Shown in pieces: positions 47,826 through 60,900 of a DNA stretch of 64,000 nucleotides. The stretch covers positions 51,832,001-51,896,000 of the forward strand of contig NC_135807.1 in assembly GCF_964213995.1 (NCBI RefSeq), read 5' to 3'. The stretch comes from Mustelus asterias (lineage: Eukaryota). The notes under the pieces were generated by a model that saw only the letters and a list, made by a program, of their open reading frames with translations, did no database searches and was not told where the DNA came from. A program made the translations under genes and the position numbers. The first letter of the stretch is position 1. Each line of letters starts with the position of its first letter.

Positions 47826-48385
47826 GTGAGTTAGTATCTTTCAATGGCTTGTGGTTGCAAAGAAGGTAAATTAGCATGGTATCTTTGGTAACATTTATGA
47901 AGAGAAAGTTTTAAATTCCCTTGTTTTTGAAGCATCACAAATGCAACTGGGTCACCAGAAATACAGATGTCCACAGGTAATACAGAGTTAACCAGTGGAA
48001 AAGAGAGTGGAAAGACATGAATTTATGATTAGCAATTTTAGCACTCAAAAACCATGCCAATATAACAGTATTTGCTATTCAGCCTCCATAAATTTAGACA
48101 TGTTACAAATGCAAGTACTTTTAACTTCTTTAAAAAATGCTTATTTAAATTGGAATTAGCATCCTAGATTTTTTTTGGGTTGTTTCAACTAGGTGACGTT
48201 AAGATAATGGATATATAACCCAGCCTGTCTTTGTAGTCAGGTGCATTGCTTCTCCCATGTGGTTGTTTGGGAGATGCATTTTGACATGGACCTCTTCAGT
48301 ATCTGAGGAGTTTCAAACAGTGCTGAACATCCTGCAATCATCAGCAAACATCCCCACTTCTGACCCTATGATAGAAGGAGGGTCA

Positions 48386-48690
48386 GGGGCAGCATGGTGG
48401 CACGGTGGTTAGCACTGCTGCCTCACAACATCAGGGATCCAGGTTCGATTCCCGGCTTGGGTCACTGTCTGTGTGGAATTTGCACCTTCTCCCCATGTCT
48501 GCGTGAGTTTTCTCCGGGTGCTTCAGTTTCCTGCCACAATCCAAAAGACCTGCTGGTTAGGTGCATTGGCCATGCTAAATTCTCCCTCAGTGTACCTGAA
48601 CAGGTGCCGGAGTGTGGCGACTAAGGGATTTTCACAATGACTTTATTGCGATGTTAATGGAAGCCTACTTGTAGCATTAATAACTAAACT
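48386..48690 (+). mobile_element. HE1-like V-SINE (tail type B), inserted in a LINE fragment
   Basis: Head, V domain, aagcctacttgtagcattaataa tail. Confidence 0.85.
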
Positions 48691-48867
48691 TGATGAAGCA
48701 GTTGAAGATGTTGGGGTGAAGGACACTTCCTGAGGAATTCCTGCTGTGATGTCCTAGAACTGAGATGATCGACCTCCAATCACCACAACCATCTTCCTTC
48801 GTGCCAGCTATGATTCCAACCAGCAGAGACCCAATTCCCATTGACTCCAGTTTTGCTAGGGCTCCTT

Positions 48868-49180
48868 CATAGAATCCCTACAGTGCAGAAGGAGGTTACT
48901 CGGTCCACCGAGTTTGCACCAACTCTCTCCCATCCTATCCCCATAACCCCATACATTTACCATGTCTAATCCATCTAACCTACACATCTTGGGACACTAA
49001 GGGGCAATTTAGCATGGCCAATCCACCTAACCTGCACATCTTTGGAGTGTGGGAGGAAACCGGAGCACCCGGAGGAAGCCCACGCAGACACGGGGAGAAT
49101 GTGCAGACTCCACACAGACAGTTACCCAAGGCTGGAATTGAACCCAAGTCTCTAGTGCTGTGAGGCAACTGTGCCACCAT
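48868..49180 (-). mobile_element. HE1 V-SINE, inserted in a second-family LINE fragment (~48290-49550, -)
   Basis: catagaatccctacagtgcagaagg tail, V domain, head. Confidence 0.85.
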
Positions 49181-49864
49181 ACCACACTCAATCAAATGCG
49201 CCTTGATGTCAAGGGTACTCACTCTCACCTCACCTTTGAAATTTGGCTCTTTTGTCCATGTCTGGACTAAGGGGTTGTAAAGAGATCAGGAGGTGAGTGA
49301 CCCTGGCGGAACTCAAACTGAGCGTCAATGAGCAGGTATTGCTAAGAAAGTGCCACTTGATCGTTCTGTTGATGACTCCTTCCATCACTTTACTGAGATT
49401 GAGAGTGGACTGATGGGTGTTAATTGGCTGGGTTGGATTTGTCTTGCTTTTTGTGTGCTGGGCAGTTTTCCATATTGTCGGTTAGATGCCAGTGTTGTAG
49501 GTATAGTACAACAGCTTGGCTAGGGGCATGGCAAGTTCTGGAGTACAATAACTTGGATTGGGCTGCAATGGCCTTAGCTTGTTGACACTCGTCTTCTCAG
49601 CTTGCACTCAAGGATGAGCCATTTAGCAAATTACTGGAGATCTGACTGTATCCATGACAATTATACCCTCAGCAACAGAAAACTGGAAAAAGAAAAAATA
49701 AATTGCAGGAATTTGTAGGCAAGAAATTGGGAAAAATCAAAACTGAATATTATGAATTTTCTTTAAGGACACAACCATGTCATTGCACTACTGGAGCAGT
49801 GCTGCATTGTTGGAAGTGTGATCATTCAAATGAGGGTGTGAGGGTCTTTAAAAGGGGAGATTCA

Positions 49865-50172
49865 CCAGAATGGTTCCTTCCAAATCTACAACTGGTACCA
49901 TCTAGAAGAAGAAGGGCACCAGACACATAGGAACACCACCACTTGGAGGTTCCCCTCCAACTCATTCGCCATTCTGACTTGGAAATGTATCACCGTTCCT
50001 GTCGCTGGGTCAAAATCCTGCAATTCCTTCCCTAACAGCACCGTGGGTGTACCTATACCACAGTGACTGCAATGGTTCAAAAAGGCAGTTCAGCACCATT
50101 ATCTCAAGGGCAATAGGGATGGGCAACAATTGCTAGCCTAGCCAGTGATGCCTGCATTCCGTAGATGAATAA
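49865..50172 (+). mobile_element. Second LINE family 3' end
   Basis: ggaacaccaccac...gggtcaaaatcctg...agggatgggcaa...atgaataaa. Confidence 0.75.
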
Positions 50173-50517
50173 AGCCGTAAACTTTGTCTTCACCCTTTAC
50201 TGATCTTCACCTGAAAATTGACAAATTTGTCAACCCATGATTTTTGAATCCTGGTTGATTTGGTTGCTTGCAGAGGTACCTGCCAAGACTGAAAAATCTC
50301 AAACGAGAACAATCTAATAATTTTTCCAGAGAATTAGGAAATGTAAAGGGTTGTACTCTCTCAAAAGTCAATTTTCTAGTACTGATGCATGGTTTGCAAG
50401 CTATTTGAGAGCTGTCCATATCCAAGCCATTACAACCTGGCAAAAGATTTGCAGTTAGACGATGCTCATCATGCCATTGTTTAAGTTGAGTAATTATTTA
50501 CCTTTAATATTTTGTAG

Positions 50518-50626
50518 ACATAAGCAAAGCACTGATCATAACTGAACTTGGGTCCAATCGCACACCAGAAATCTTGAAGACGGTTCTATCAAACATGGAA
50601 AAGCTCATTTCTATTCCGAGCCATGG
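50518..50626 (+). CDS. IMPA1: IMPA1 coding exon 6
   Basis: (D)ISKALIITELGSNRTPEILKTVLSNMEKLISIPSH(G); tttgtag / GTATGT. Confidence 0.93.
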
Positions 50627-51164
50627 GTATGTATCTTAATTTTCATCTAGCATGGGAAATTAACTTTTATGAGTGTGGACTGTTGTTTATTCAGGTAATG
50701 CACCACATGCAACAGATAAAGGGTTGAATTTCCTGTTCCGCCTGCCAAGGGAATTGTGGCTGGCGAGGGACGGACCATGGAAAGATCCTTTGACCTCGGA
50801 CGGGATTTTGCAGTTTCATTTCCAACTGCATTTTCAAAATCCCAACCATCCAGTCTTTGACACTCCCTCCCCTCCTGCCCTCTGAGTTCATCTTGTCCTT
50901 GAGATTCCTGCTCCCTCAACTCTATTCTCATTAAATTGACGACCTTCCAACTTACCCTCATGATCCCCATGATAGCTGATATGGTTAACCAATCTCTCTC
51001 CTCGCCCTTCTCTCAAATCTGCTGGCATCAGCCCTCTCTATAAAACAATGTTTGACCTCCATTATTTTTGCAAATTACCCCCCATTTCCAACCTCTTCCA
51101 TTTCAAATGCACGTTATGTATTTGTACATTTTGTTACGACTGTGCATTGGGTGGGGGTTGGAGA

Positions 51165-51660
51165 GGTGTGTGAATTTTTAACTTTGTGGGCAGGATGCCG
51201 GTTAAGCAAACTGCTTTTTCCTGGGTGATGTTGAACTTCTTGAGTGTTGTTGGTACTCCAGCCAAGTGGAAAGTATTCCATTACACTCCTTACATGTGCT
51301 GCAAATTGAGGAGTGGACAAGGTTGTGGCCATCCGGCTTCCTTGTCCATGTTTGACCCGATGCCATGAGATTTTATGGGGCCCTGAGTCAATGTTGAGGA
51401 CTCTCGGGCAACTCCCTCCGCACCATGTCATCGCTGGGACAGGAGCTGCCCGGGATGGTGGTGATGTCTGAAACATTGTCCATAAGGTATTATTCGATGT
51501 GTATGACTATGTCAGGCTGTTGCTTGGCTAATCTCTAGGACAGCTGTCCCAATTTTGGCACAAGGCACCATATGCCAGGGCCAACATGGCTGGGCGTGCC
51601 ATTCTAAATTTTGACCCCTAGGTCGATGCCAGATGAGCTGTCCGGTTCCTTTCCTTTCAT
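51165..51660 (-). mobile_element. Second LINE family fragments
   Basis: gatgttgaacttcttgagtgttgttgg...ggaaagtattccattacactcct; abuts the acceptor of IMPA1 coding exon 7. Confidence 0.55.
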
Positions 51661-51690
51661 TCATTTAAATATTTTCTCAATGTGTTTCAG

Positions 51691-51842
51691 AATTCGAGCT
51701 CTAGGAACTGCAGCTGTAAACATGTGCACAGTGGCGACTGGTGGTGCAGACGCTTACTATGAGATGGGTATCCACTGCTGGGATATGGCAGCAGCCGCAC
51801 TCATTGTTACTGAGGCTGGAGGTTTTGTGCTGGATATATCAG
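51691..51842 (+). CDS. IMPA1: IMPA1 coding exon 7
   Basis: IRALGTAAVNMCTVATGGADAYYEMGIHCWDMAAAALIVTEAGGFVLDIS, containing the second IMPase motif WD...EAGG. Confidence 0.96.
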
Positions 51843-52204
51843 GTAGTTTTGAGTCGCTGTTTTAATTATAAAATTAACTTTCTAGCATATTTTCAGCACA
51901 TGGATTTTCTGGTAAAAGCAAATTCCTCCATATCAATGGATTCAAACCTTTAAAATATTACTTTCAGATTTAACACAATTAAAGACCAATTTGAAGGAGC
52001 AACGCGCACATTTTAAAATTGAGATAATATATTATTTGTACATCATCTGATACTTGGTTTCTTAGAATATGCATCCATTTAGGTTCAAATCCCTATTAAA
52101 CTATATTCTGGACATGGTAGGATTCCTTGCTTTAAGTCGCTCCACTTGAGATTGTTTTGTTTTAAAGTAATTAATTCTTCAGTATCTCTGATTTATGTCA
52201 CATT

Positions 52205-52479
52205 TTAAAGTTTAAAATTAGAGTTTATTTTTTAGTCACAAGTAAGGCTTACATTAACACTGCAATGAAATTCCCCTAGTTGCCACATTCCGGCATCTGT
52301 TCGGGTCAATGCACGTCTTTCAGACTGTGGGAGGAAACCAGAGTACCCAGAGGAAACCCTTGCAGACACAGGGAGAACGTGCAAACTGTGCATAGACAGT
52401 GATCCAAGCTGGGAATTGAACCCAGGTCCCTGGCATTGTGAGGTAGCAGTGCTAATCACTGTGCCACTGTGCCGCCCCA
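52205..52479 (-). mobile_element. HE1-like V-SINE (tail type B)
   Basis: Head at the 52479 end; gtcacaagtaaggcttac tail. Confidence 0.82.
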
Positions 52480-52845
52480 TTGCATTGCCATTGCGCTTTG
52501 TGCAGAGTCATGGCCTTCAGCAAAGTAAAGGAACAATAATGTTGGGAGGTTTGTCTGCAACCTTAAGAATTGGCTGGGGAGAATCCCAGATTGGCTCTGC
52601 TCCTGGCCTGCTATCCGTCCCACTCCTACCTGACAGCCCTCTACCCACCTGCTTCAGACTGCTAAAAGTACAATCGATTCGCTGTTTCCAAATCCAGGTA
52701 GCAGACACTGGGGAAAGACCTCACTGTGGATCAGGGGAGAAACTCACTGTGGAACCTAATGCCAGTTTATATATTAATTCTGATGTGAAAATCTGATTCA
52801 CTTAACATTGTTTTGCTTAAAGTCACATTTTTAAAGAACACATCT

Positions 52846-53193
52846 AGAATCGAATCATAGAAACCCTGCAGTGCAGAAAGAGGCCATTTGGCCCATCGAG
52901 TCTGCACCGACTACAATCCCACCCAGGCCCTACCCCCTTATCCCAACACATTTACACGCTAATCCCTCTAACCTACGCATCTCAGGACACTAAAGGGCAA
53001 TTTTAGCATGGCCAATCAACCTAACCCGCACATCTTTAGACTGTGGGAGGAAACCGGAGCACCCGGAGGAAACCCACGCAGACACGAGGAGAATGTGCAA
53101 ACTCCACACAGACAGTGACCCAAGCCGGGAATCGAACCCAGGTCCCTGGAGCTGTGAAGCAGCAGTGCTAACCACTGTGCTACCGCGCCGCCC
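52846..53193 (-). mobile_element. HE1 V-SINE, full length, young
   Basis: Closely matches 10463-10810 with CpGs retained. Confidence 0.9.
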
Positions 53194-53984
53194 ATCTAGG
53201 ATGTTAAGTGAAGAATTACCATCTACCTAAGTGTTTTGAACCTCTGTTCTTTATAATGGCATGTCCCCCTCTTTTTCAGAACTGCTGTCATCAGTCCCTT
53301 CACAAAAAAAGTGTTGTTACCCTCTCTGTCTTTGCAAACTACTGCTCTGCTTCCAATTTCCCTTTCCTCTCCTTGGACTCTTGTCCTCTAAATCAGTGCC
53401 TATCTTTCCTGCAACTCGATTAAAATCACAGAATCTTACAGCACAGGAGACCATTTGGCCCATTATGCCTGTGCTGGATAGCCCCACTACTCCTGTTCTT
53501 TTCTCATAGCCCTACAATCCTATTTTCTTTACTAGTATTTATCCAATTCCCAAGTGAACGTAACTCCCAGTTTGGAATTCTACCATCTAATCTCTAACTC
53601 TCCCAAAATACCAAGACTGCCTTAACCAGAGACTCAAATGACATCTCTGTAACTAATCAGAGTGCATTCTTCCTTCTCAACCCCTTTGCGGCCTATAGCA
53701 CAGTCAAAGGCCAGTCTCATTCCTCTGTTGTCCAGTAGGGTTGTTGTTGTTGTGTTATTATAACGATGTAACACCTTGGGCTTATTTACTGTACACGAGG
53801 CAAGGCACCAATTGCTTACAAGGGATAATATAACACAATATCGGTTCATTTATTATGACTCGGCAAATTGTTGTACATGGGTATAAAGCCTGTAGGCCAC
53901 AGAGTTGTGTGTGCAATCTGCTCATAGCAAAACTGAAACTAAGACTGGATCACTTGAAACATTTTGAGTGATGTCATGCATTTT

Positions 53985-54340
53985 ATATTCATTTATGGGA
54001 AGAGAGTGTCGCTGGCTGGGCCAGCATTTAATGCCCATTGCTAACTGCCCTCTGTTTCAGAGGGTATTTGAGAGTCAATCACATCACTGTGGATCTGGAG
54101 TCACATGTAGGCCAGACCAGGTAAGGATGGCAGATTTCCTTCCCAAAAGGACATGAGTGAACCAGATGGGTTTTTCCGACAATCGACAATGGTTTCATGG
54201 TCATCATTAAGACTTTTAATTCCAGATTTTTATTGAATTCAAATTTCACCACGTGCAGTGGTGGGGTTTGAATCCAGGTCCCCAGATCTTGCTCTGGCTC
54301 TCTGGACTACTAGTCCAGTGACAATACCACCACGCCATTG
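53985..54340 (-). mobile_element. tRNA-derived SINE with the second-LINE-family tail
   Basis: Minus strand: tggcgtggtggtattgtcactggactagt...gacctggattcaaacccc (A/B-box-like); ends gggcattaaatgctggcccagccagcgac. Confidence 0.7.
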
Positions 54341-54520
54341 TCTGTAGCTCAAAGTTAAAGCTAATGCCAACGTGTTATTTCCATTCATAAGTTTTGCACG
54401 TCTTTAAAGATGATTTTATGTCAGTCTATAAAGTTAAAGCAGGTAAATGTAAGATGAGAATATGCTGTTAATAATGGTATCCCTTCTTTTGTCATTGACA
54501 CCTTAATTTTCTCCTATTAG

Positions 54521-54630
54521 GTGGACCGTTTGATCTGATGTCACGTCGAGTGATTGCTGCAGGTAGCAGAGCCATTGCAGAGAGAATAGCTCAAGAAGTG
54601 CAGATAATCCCCTATGAGAGGGATGATTAG
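54521..54630 (+). CDS. IMPA1: IMPA1 last coding exon
   Basis: (G)GPFDLMSRRVIAAGSRAIAERIAQEVQIIPYERDD*. Joined CDS is 846 nt (281 aa), all phases consistent. Confidence 0.94.
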
Positions 54631-54826
54631 GAATAATGAAAACATGTATTTCTCAATATGATTTTTAAAAATGTTTACTCCAGTTTAAATAGATTTTCAA
54701 TCTTTCATTTGCAAACATACCAGGAATATCTCCCATCAATTGAACTGATCAGGGTCAATTTCAGTAGCTGATGTGTAGGGTGCTAACATCGTGTTGATAA
54801 TGCCATAACATGCATCAATATTTTAC

Positions 54827-54832
54827 AATAAA
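54827..54832 (+). terminator. Proximal IMPA1 polyadenylation signal (further AATAAA at 55678 and 56073)
   Basis: AATAAA ~200 nt after the stop. Confidence 0.5.
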
Positions 54833-56217
54833 ATAGTTTTATGCTTTTGCAGGGTCTGATTAGAAACTGATGGATTTAAGTGTTGCAGTCAGAATTTGGA
54901 TCACTGCTACCAGTAGTTTAATCGCACTTTCTTGCTTAACTGTATGTTGTGGTATAGAAACATATGTTCTGTAACTGTTTTGATATTGAATGGAAATGAG
55001 TGCATATATTGAATGTGAAAAATATAATATTGTGGGTTAGAGTTTCTGCATTGGGTGCAATTGGCTTGCCAATCATGTAAAATTACACCCAATTTGAGAA
55101 CTCTTTCTTCTCAGGTTTCTACTCAAACTTGCTTGCATATTGACAACCCCAAATTTTATCATGATTCAGCAAAATTGGACAGTATTTCAGAATGCAATTT
55201 TTAAAAATTGCTTTAGAAAGTATTTCTTTAGGTATTTAAGAGTGGTAATTTTGTGGTTTGATTAATGCAGCAGAACTTGGGTTTGTCATATATAAATATT
55301 TTAATCAGAATGTTCGGTGCACAAGTCTAAAATGCTGAAAATGACTGTCTGAAAATATACAGGATTATTTGCTAGTTATTTTGGTGTAGACACTTCCTTA
55401 AAAATATCAATAGCTTTAAAAAGTTGCGTGCGTAGTGTGTGAACAATGATAGATCAAGAGGCTCTAATCCATCCAACCTGTGCCCCACAATTATATTTTG
55501 TGTATCACAAAATGTGCATTTTCCAATCAATACCAAACTGCATGAGCCCTCGGAGGAGGTGAAAAACCAGGTTAAAAGTCCAGTCCAATTTGGGAGAGAA
55601 AATCAAAACTAGTCAAGATCATTACTCCAGTCCTGAATTCCTGAGCTACTGTAAACCAACTCGGCTCTCATTTGAAGAATAAAGCCTATTACTGTCCTTG
55701 TTTCCAAAAGGTGCAGCTTATTCTTTTTGGAGCCTGTTCAAAGGCCTGCAAACGAACACACATGGTAGAATCTTGCAATAGTAATTAATTCCCCGCAGAG
55801 GCATGTCCAATTTTGTGAGCGTGACTGCTTTCTAGTGCAGTGTTTTTTAAACTGCGGCAAAAGATTGTAAAAGCAAAATGTGTCTGAATGTAATTTACGC
55901 TTGAAATGACGCAATCTTTTGTGCATTACACTGATTTTGAGTCAACTGTGCTGGGAAAACCAGTGCAACCAAGTGGAAATACTACCTCGCTTATGTGTAA
56001 GTGGAGCTGGTACAAGTGTAAAATCATTTATTACGAGTGTAGCACACATAGATTCGCTTGCTATTTTACTCCAATAAAAATATGTATTTCTGAAACTCAT
56101 GAGAACTGGGAATTTGTTGAAGCCGACTTTTTCTTTATTCCATCCACACCTTTTTGCAAGTTAGAATGGATAGTTGTATTCTGACTGGAGATGAAAATCA
56201 GCCCCACTCAATGAACT

Positions 56218-56527
56218 CAGAATCAGAATCCTTACAGTGCAGAAGGAGGCCTTTCGGCCCATCGAGCCTGCACCAACAACAATCCCACCCAGGGTCTGTA
56301 ACCCCACATATTTACCGTGCAAGCCCCCCCTGACACTAAGGGGCAATTTAGCATGGCCAATCAACTTAACTCGCACATCTTTGGACTGTGGGATGAAACC
56401 GGAGAAAGCCCATGCAGACATGGGGAGAACGTGCAAACTCCACACAGTCACTTGAGGCCGGAATCAAACCCGGGTCCCTGGCTCTGTGAGGCAGAAGTGC
56501 TAACCACTGTGCCACCGTGCCGCCCCT
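56218..56527 (-). mobile_element. HE1 V-SINE
   Basis: Head, V domain and tail present. Confidence 0.87.
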
Positions 56528-57994
56528 AAATCTGATTCCTAAATTGATCTTTTGTCTTTCTTCCATCTAACTCCTGCCCAGTACACTGCCTGAGCCATTT
56601 TGATCATTTTAACAATGCCACCCCCTTTTCTGTTGTGAGACTTAGAGGCCCAAACATCATTGAGTACAGTGATTTGCTGGTCTTCAACCTCCATAGAGAA
56701 CATTAAGGATGTTCTGGCTCCCCATTTGAGAATTATTAGTGAGCTGTTGCAAATTTTACATTCATCTGTTGTAAAGTTTGGATGGAAGTATAACGTGTTG
56801 TACCAAACCACGTTAGCAGACTGGGCCCTCATTTTAAGAAGGCTTTGACATTGTTGGAAGACATAGCTGTTTTGGGCCCTATTCTAAGAAAGATTGTAAC
56901 GAAGTAACAATTCCAACAAATGTAGCTAAAACCAGATATCATCAGTACCAGTCAGGCATTTTATGAAGTTAGCAGTGCACTTTTTTTCTTCAGCCGTATT
57001 AAGTTGTTAGGCCTGTGAGTACAATACCAGGGATATCCTGTGATATTTTATATTTGAATGAAATAATTTGTGATGTGGTGGTATTTGATCAGGTGTTATG
57101 ACTACTTATAGTTATCCATGTTACAAGGATAGACCTGGCAGAGAAGTTCATGGTTATAAAGGCAATAAATACCACCAACAACAATAAACATCTCTTGTAT
57201 ATTAGAGGTAGTATGGCAGCCTTAATTCTATAGAGCAAAAGGGCTGCATTTTCCTCCTGCAGCTACAGTATCAGGGCAGGGTTTCTGGATTAGTTTTCTA
57301 CATCATTAAGTATTTGAAGCATGAGTTTGTTGAGATTTCCATTAGGAAATGGAAATCAGTTTTTAGTGGCTATGAGCAAAGTTGAGAGGTGCTAAATTAG
57401 TTTGCATCATAAGAGGTGGGAAACACATGAAAGGGCAAACCAGCTCCGAAGACTACGCCAAATCTTACTGAAGGCCTTGCCAGGTAAGTGCAAGAGGAGG
57501 ATGTGACAATATCCTCTCCCTACATCCATGGCCTTCCTGTCATTGTCCCTGGAACTACTGCCAGACTTCACCTGACTTTTCTGAGGGGTAGTGTGAATCA
57601 GGATGCAAAGGGTGAAAATGGGCTTGGAATCCAGACTACCTTTTCCAGCTCTATTTGCAAGCAGCGGATTGGGAAGCAGCAGCCAGCAAGAGGGATGAGA
57701 AAAGATTGTCCTGGGTGTCCAGGAATTAAAGACTCCAGGCCACTGGTGGAAGCAGCCCGCGAGGAAATAAATCATCAAGGTACAAAAAGGATGGTGTATT
57801 TTAAATTTTGTTTAGACACTTGTTTACCAGTTACAAAATAATTTGAGATGAGGAATAAGGCTGATAGTCAAAACTCATCCAATTGAAAAATGAATGTGTG
57901 TGCCATGGCAATGATGTGCGAGGGACATCTTGCATGACCAATGGCATGAGAATGGGGTGAGATAGGTTGAGATAGGAGGTCATGCGATGAAACC

Positions 57995-60900
57995 TCCAAG
58001 AATAGGTCACCCAATAGTAACAGGGAGGTGGAGGAGCAGATAGGGAAACCGATCCTGGAGAGTTGCAGTAATAGCAGAGTTGTTGTGATGGGAGACTTTA
58101 ATTTCCCAAACATAGATTGGAATATCCTTAGGGTAAGGGGATTGGATGGGGAGGAGTTTGTTAGGTGTGTTCAGGAGGGTTTCCTGACACAGCATGTGGA
58201 CACGCCTACAAGAGGAGAGGCTGTACTTGATCTGATACTGACCAATGAACCTGGACAGGTGTCAGATCTCTCAGTGGGAGAGCATCTTGGGGATAACGAT
58301 CATAACTCTATTTCCTTTATGCTTGCATTGGGAAAAGAGAGGATCAGGCTAGCTAGGAAAGTGTTTATATGGAGTAAGGGGAAATATGAAGACATAAGGC
58401 AGCAAATTAGAGGAGTAAATAGGAAGGAGGTATTCTCGGGGAAATGTACTGAAGAGAGGTGGCAGTTTTTCAAGGAATGTCTGTCTAGAGTTCTACAGGA
58501 CAACGTTCCGAGCAGACAGGGAGGAGTTGGTAGGTTAAAGGAACCGTGGTGCACGAAAGCTGTGCGGGACCTAGTCGAGAAGAAAAGGAAAGCGTACAAA
58601 AGGTTCAGAGAGCTTGGCGAAGATAGGGCTCTAGATGAGTATACGGCTTGTAGGAAGGGACTAAAGAAGGAAATTAGGAGAGCCAGAAGGGGTCACAAGA
58701 AGGCCTTGGCAGGATTAAGGAGAACCCTAAGGCGTTCTATAAATATGTGAAGAGTAAAAGGATGAGACGTGAAGGAATAGGGCCTATAAAAGGTGACGGT
58801 GGGAAAGTCTGTACGGAACCAGTAGAAATGGCAGAGGTGCTGAATGAGTATTTTGCCTCGGTTTTCACAGAGGAGAAGGACATGGGTGGATGTACTGCGG
58901 GCTTACGGTGGACTGAAAAGATTGAGTATGTGGACTTTAACAAAGAGGTTGTGCTGGAATCTTTGAATGGCATCAAGATAGATAAGTCGCCGGGTCCGGA
59001 TGGGATGTACCCCAGTTTACTGTGGGAGGCGAGGGAAGAGATTGCAGAGCCTCTGGCGATGATCTTTGCGTCATCGATGGAGACAGGAGAGGTGCCAGAG
59101 GGTTGGAGGATTGCGGATGTGGTTCCTATTTTCAAGAAGGGGAATAGGGATAGCCCAGGAAATTACCGACTGGTGAGTCTAACCTCAGTGGTTGATAAGC
59201 TGATGGAGAAGATCCTGAGGGACAAGATTTATGAGCATTTGGAGAGGTTTAGTATGCTGAAAAATACTCAGCATAGCTTTGTCAAAGGCAGATCGTGCCT
59301 TACGAGCCTGGTGGAGTTCTTCGAAAATGTGACTAAACACATTGACGAAGGGAAAGCGGTAGATGTGGTTTATATGGATTTTAGCAAGGCGTTCGATAAG
59401 GTCCCCCATGCAAGGCTTCTAGAAAAAGTGAGAGGGCATGGAATCCAAGGGCTGCTGCCTTGTGGATCCAGAACTGGCTTGCCCAAAGGAGGCAGAGAGT
59501 GGGTATAGATGGGTCTTTTTCTAAATGGAGGTTGGTCACCAGTGGTGTGCCCCAGGGATCTGTTCTGGGACCCTTGCTGTTTGTCATTTTCATAAATGAC
59601 CTGGATGAGGAAGTGGAGGGATGGGTTGGTAAGTTTGCCGATGACACGAAGGTTGGTGGGGTTGTGGATAATCTGGAGGGATGTCAGAAGTTACAGAGGG
59701 ACATAGATAGGATGCAAGACTGGGCGGACAGGTGGCAGATGGACTTCAACCCAGATAAATGCGTAGTGGTCCATTTTGGCAGGTCAAATGGGATGAAGGA
59801 GTACAATATAAAGGGAAAGACTGTTAGTACTGTAGAGGATCAGAAGGACCTTGGGGTCTGGGTCCATAGGACTCTAAAATCGGCCCCGCAGGTGGAGGAG
59901 GTGGTTAAGAAGGCGTATGGTGTGCTGGCCTTTATCAATCGAGGGATTGAGTTTAGGAGTCCGGGGATAATGATGCAGCTATATAAGACCTTCGTCAGGC
60001 CCCACTTGGAGTACTGTGCTCAGTTCTGGTTGCCTCATTACAGGAAGGATGTGGAAAAGATTGAAAGGGTGCAGAGGAGATTTACAAGGATATTGCCCGG
60101 ATTGAGTGACACACAAAACTGGCAGGACTTGCAGATAGTGAGGAACATTGTCAGAGGCTACAGAAGGATATAGATAGGCTGGAAATTTGGGCAAGGAAAT
60201 GGCAGATGGAGTTCAATCCTGATAAATGCGAAGTGATGCATTTTGGTGGGAATAATGTAGGGAGGAGCTACACGATAAATGGAAGAACCATAAAGGGTGT
60301 AGAGACGCAGAGGGACCTGGGTGTGCAAGTCCACAGATCTTTGAAGGTGACGTCACAGGTGGAGAAGGTGGTGAAGAAGGCATATGGCATGCTTGCCTTT
60401 ATAGGACGGGGCATAGAGTATAAAAGTTGGGGTCTGATGTTGCAGATGTATAGAACGTTGGTTCGGCCGCATTTGGAATACTGCGTCCAGTTCTGGTCGC
60501 CACACTACCAGAAGGACGTGGAGGCTTTGGAGAGAGTACAGAGGAGGTTTACCAGGATGTTGCCTGGTATGGAGGGGCTTGGTTATGAGGAGAGATTGGG
60601 GAAACTGGGGTTGTTCTCCTTGGAAAGACGGAGGATGAGGGGAGACTTAATAGAGGTGTGTAAAATTATGAAAGGCATAGATAGGGTGAACGGTGGGAAG
60701 CTTTTCCCCGGGTCGGTGGTGACGTTCACGAGGGGTCATAGGTTCAAGGTGAAGGGGGGGAGGTTTAACACAGATATCAGAAGGACATATTTCACACAGA
60801 GGGTCGTGGGGGCCTGGAATGTGTTGCCGGGCAAGGTGGTGGAGGCGGACACACTGGGAACGTTTAAGACTTATCTAGACAGCTATATGAACGGAGTGGG

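Noticed and set aside
42903-54630. IMPA2 or an IMPA pseudogene
   Set aside because: DPW N-terminus, YYEMGIHCWD and linkage to ZFAND1 indicate IMPA1; all exons join in frame without stops.
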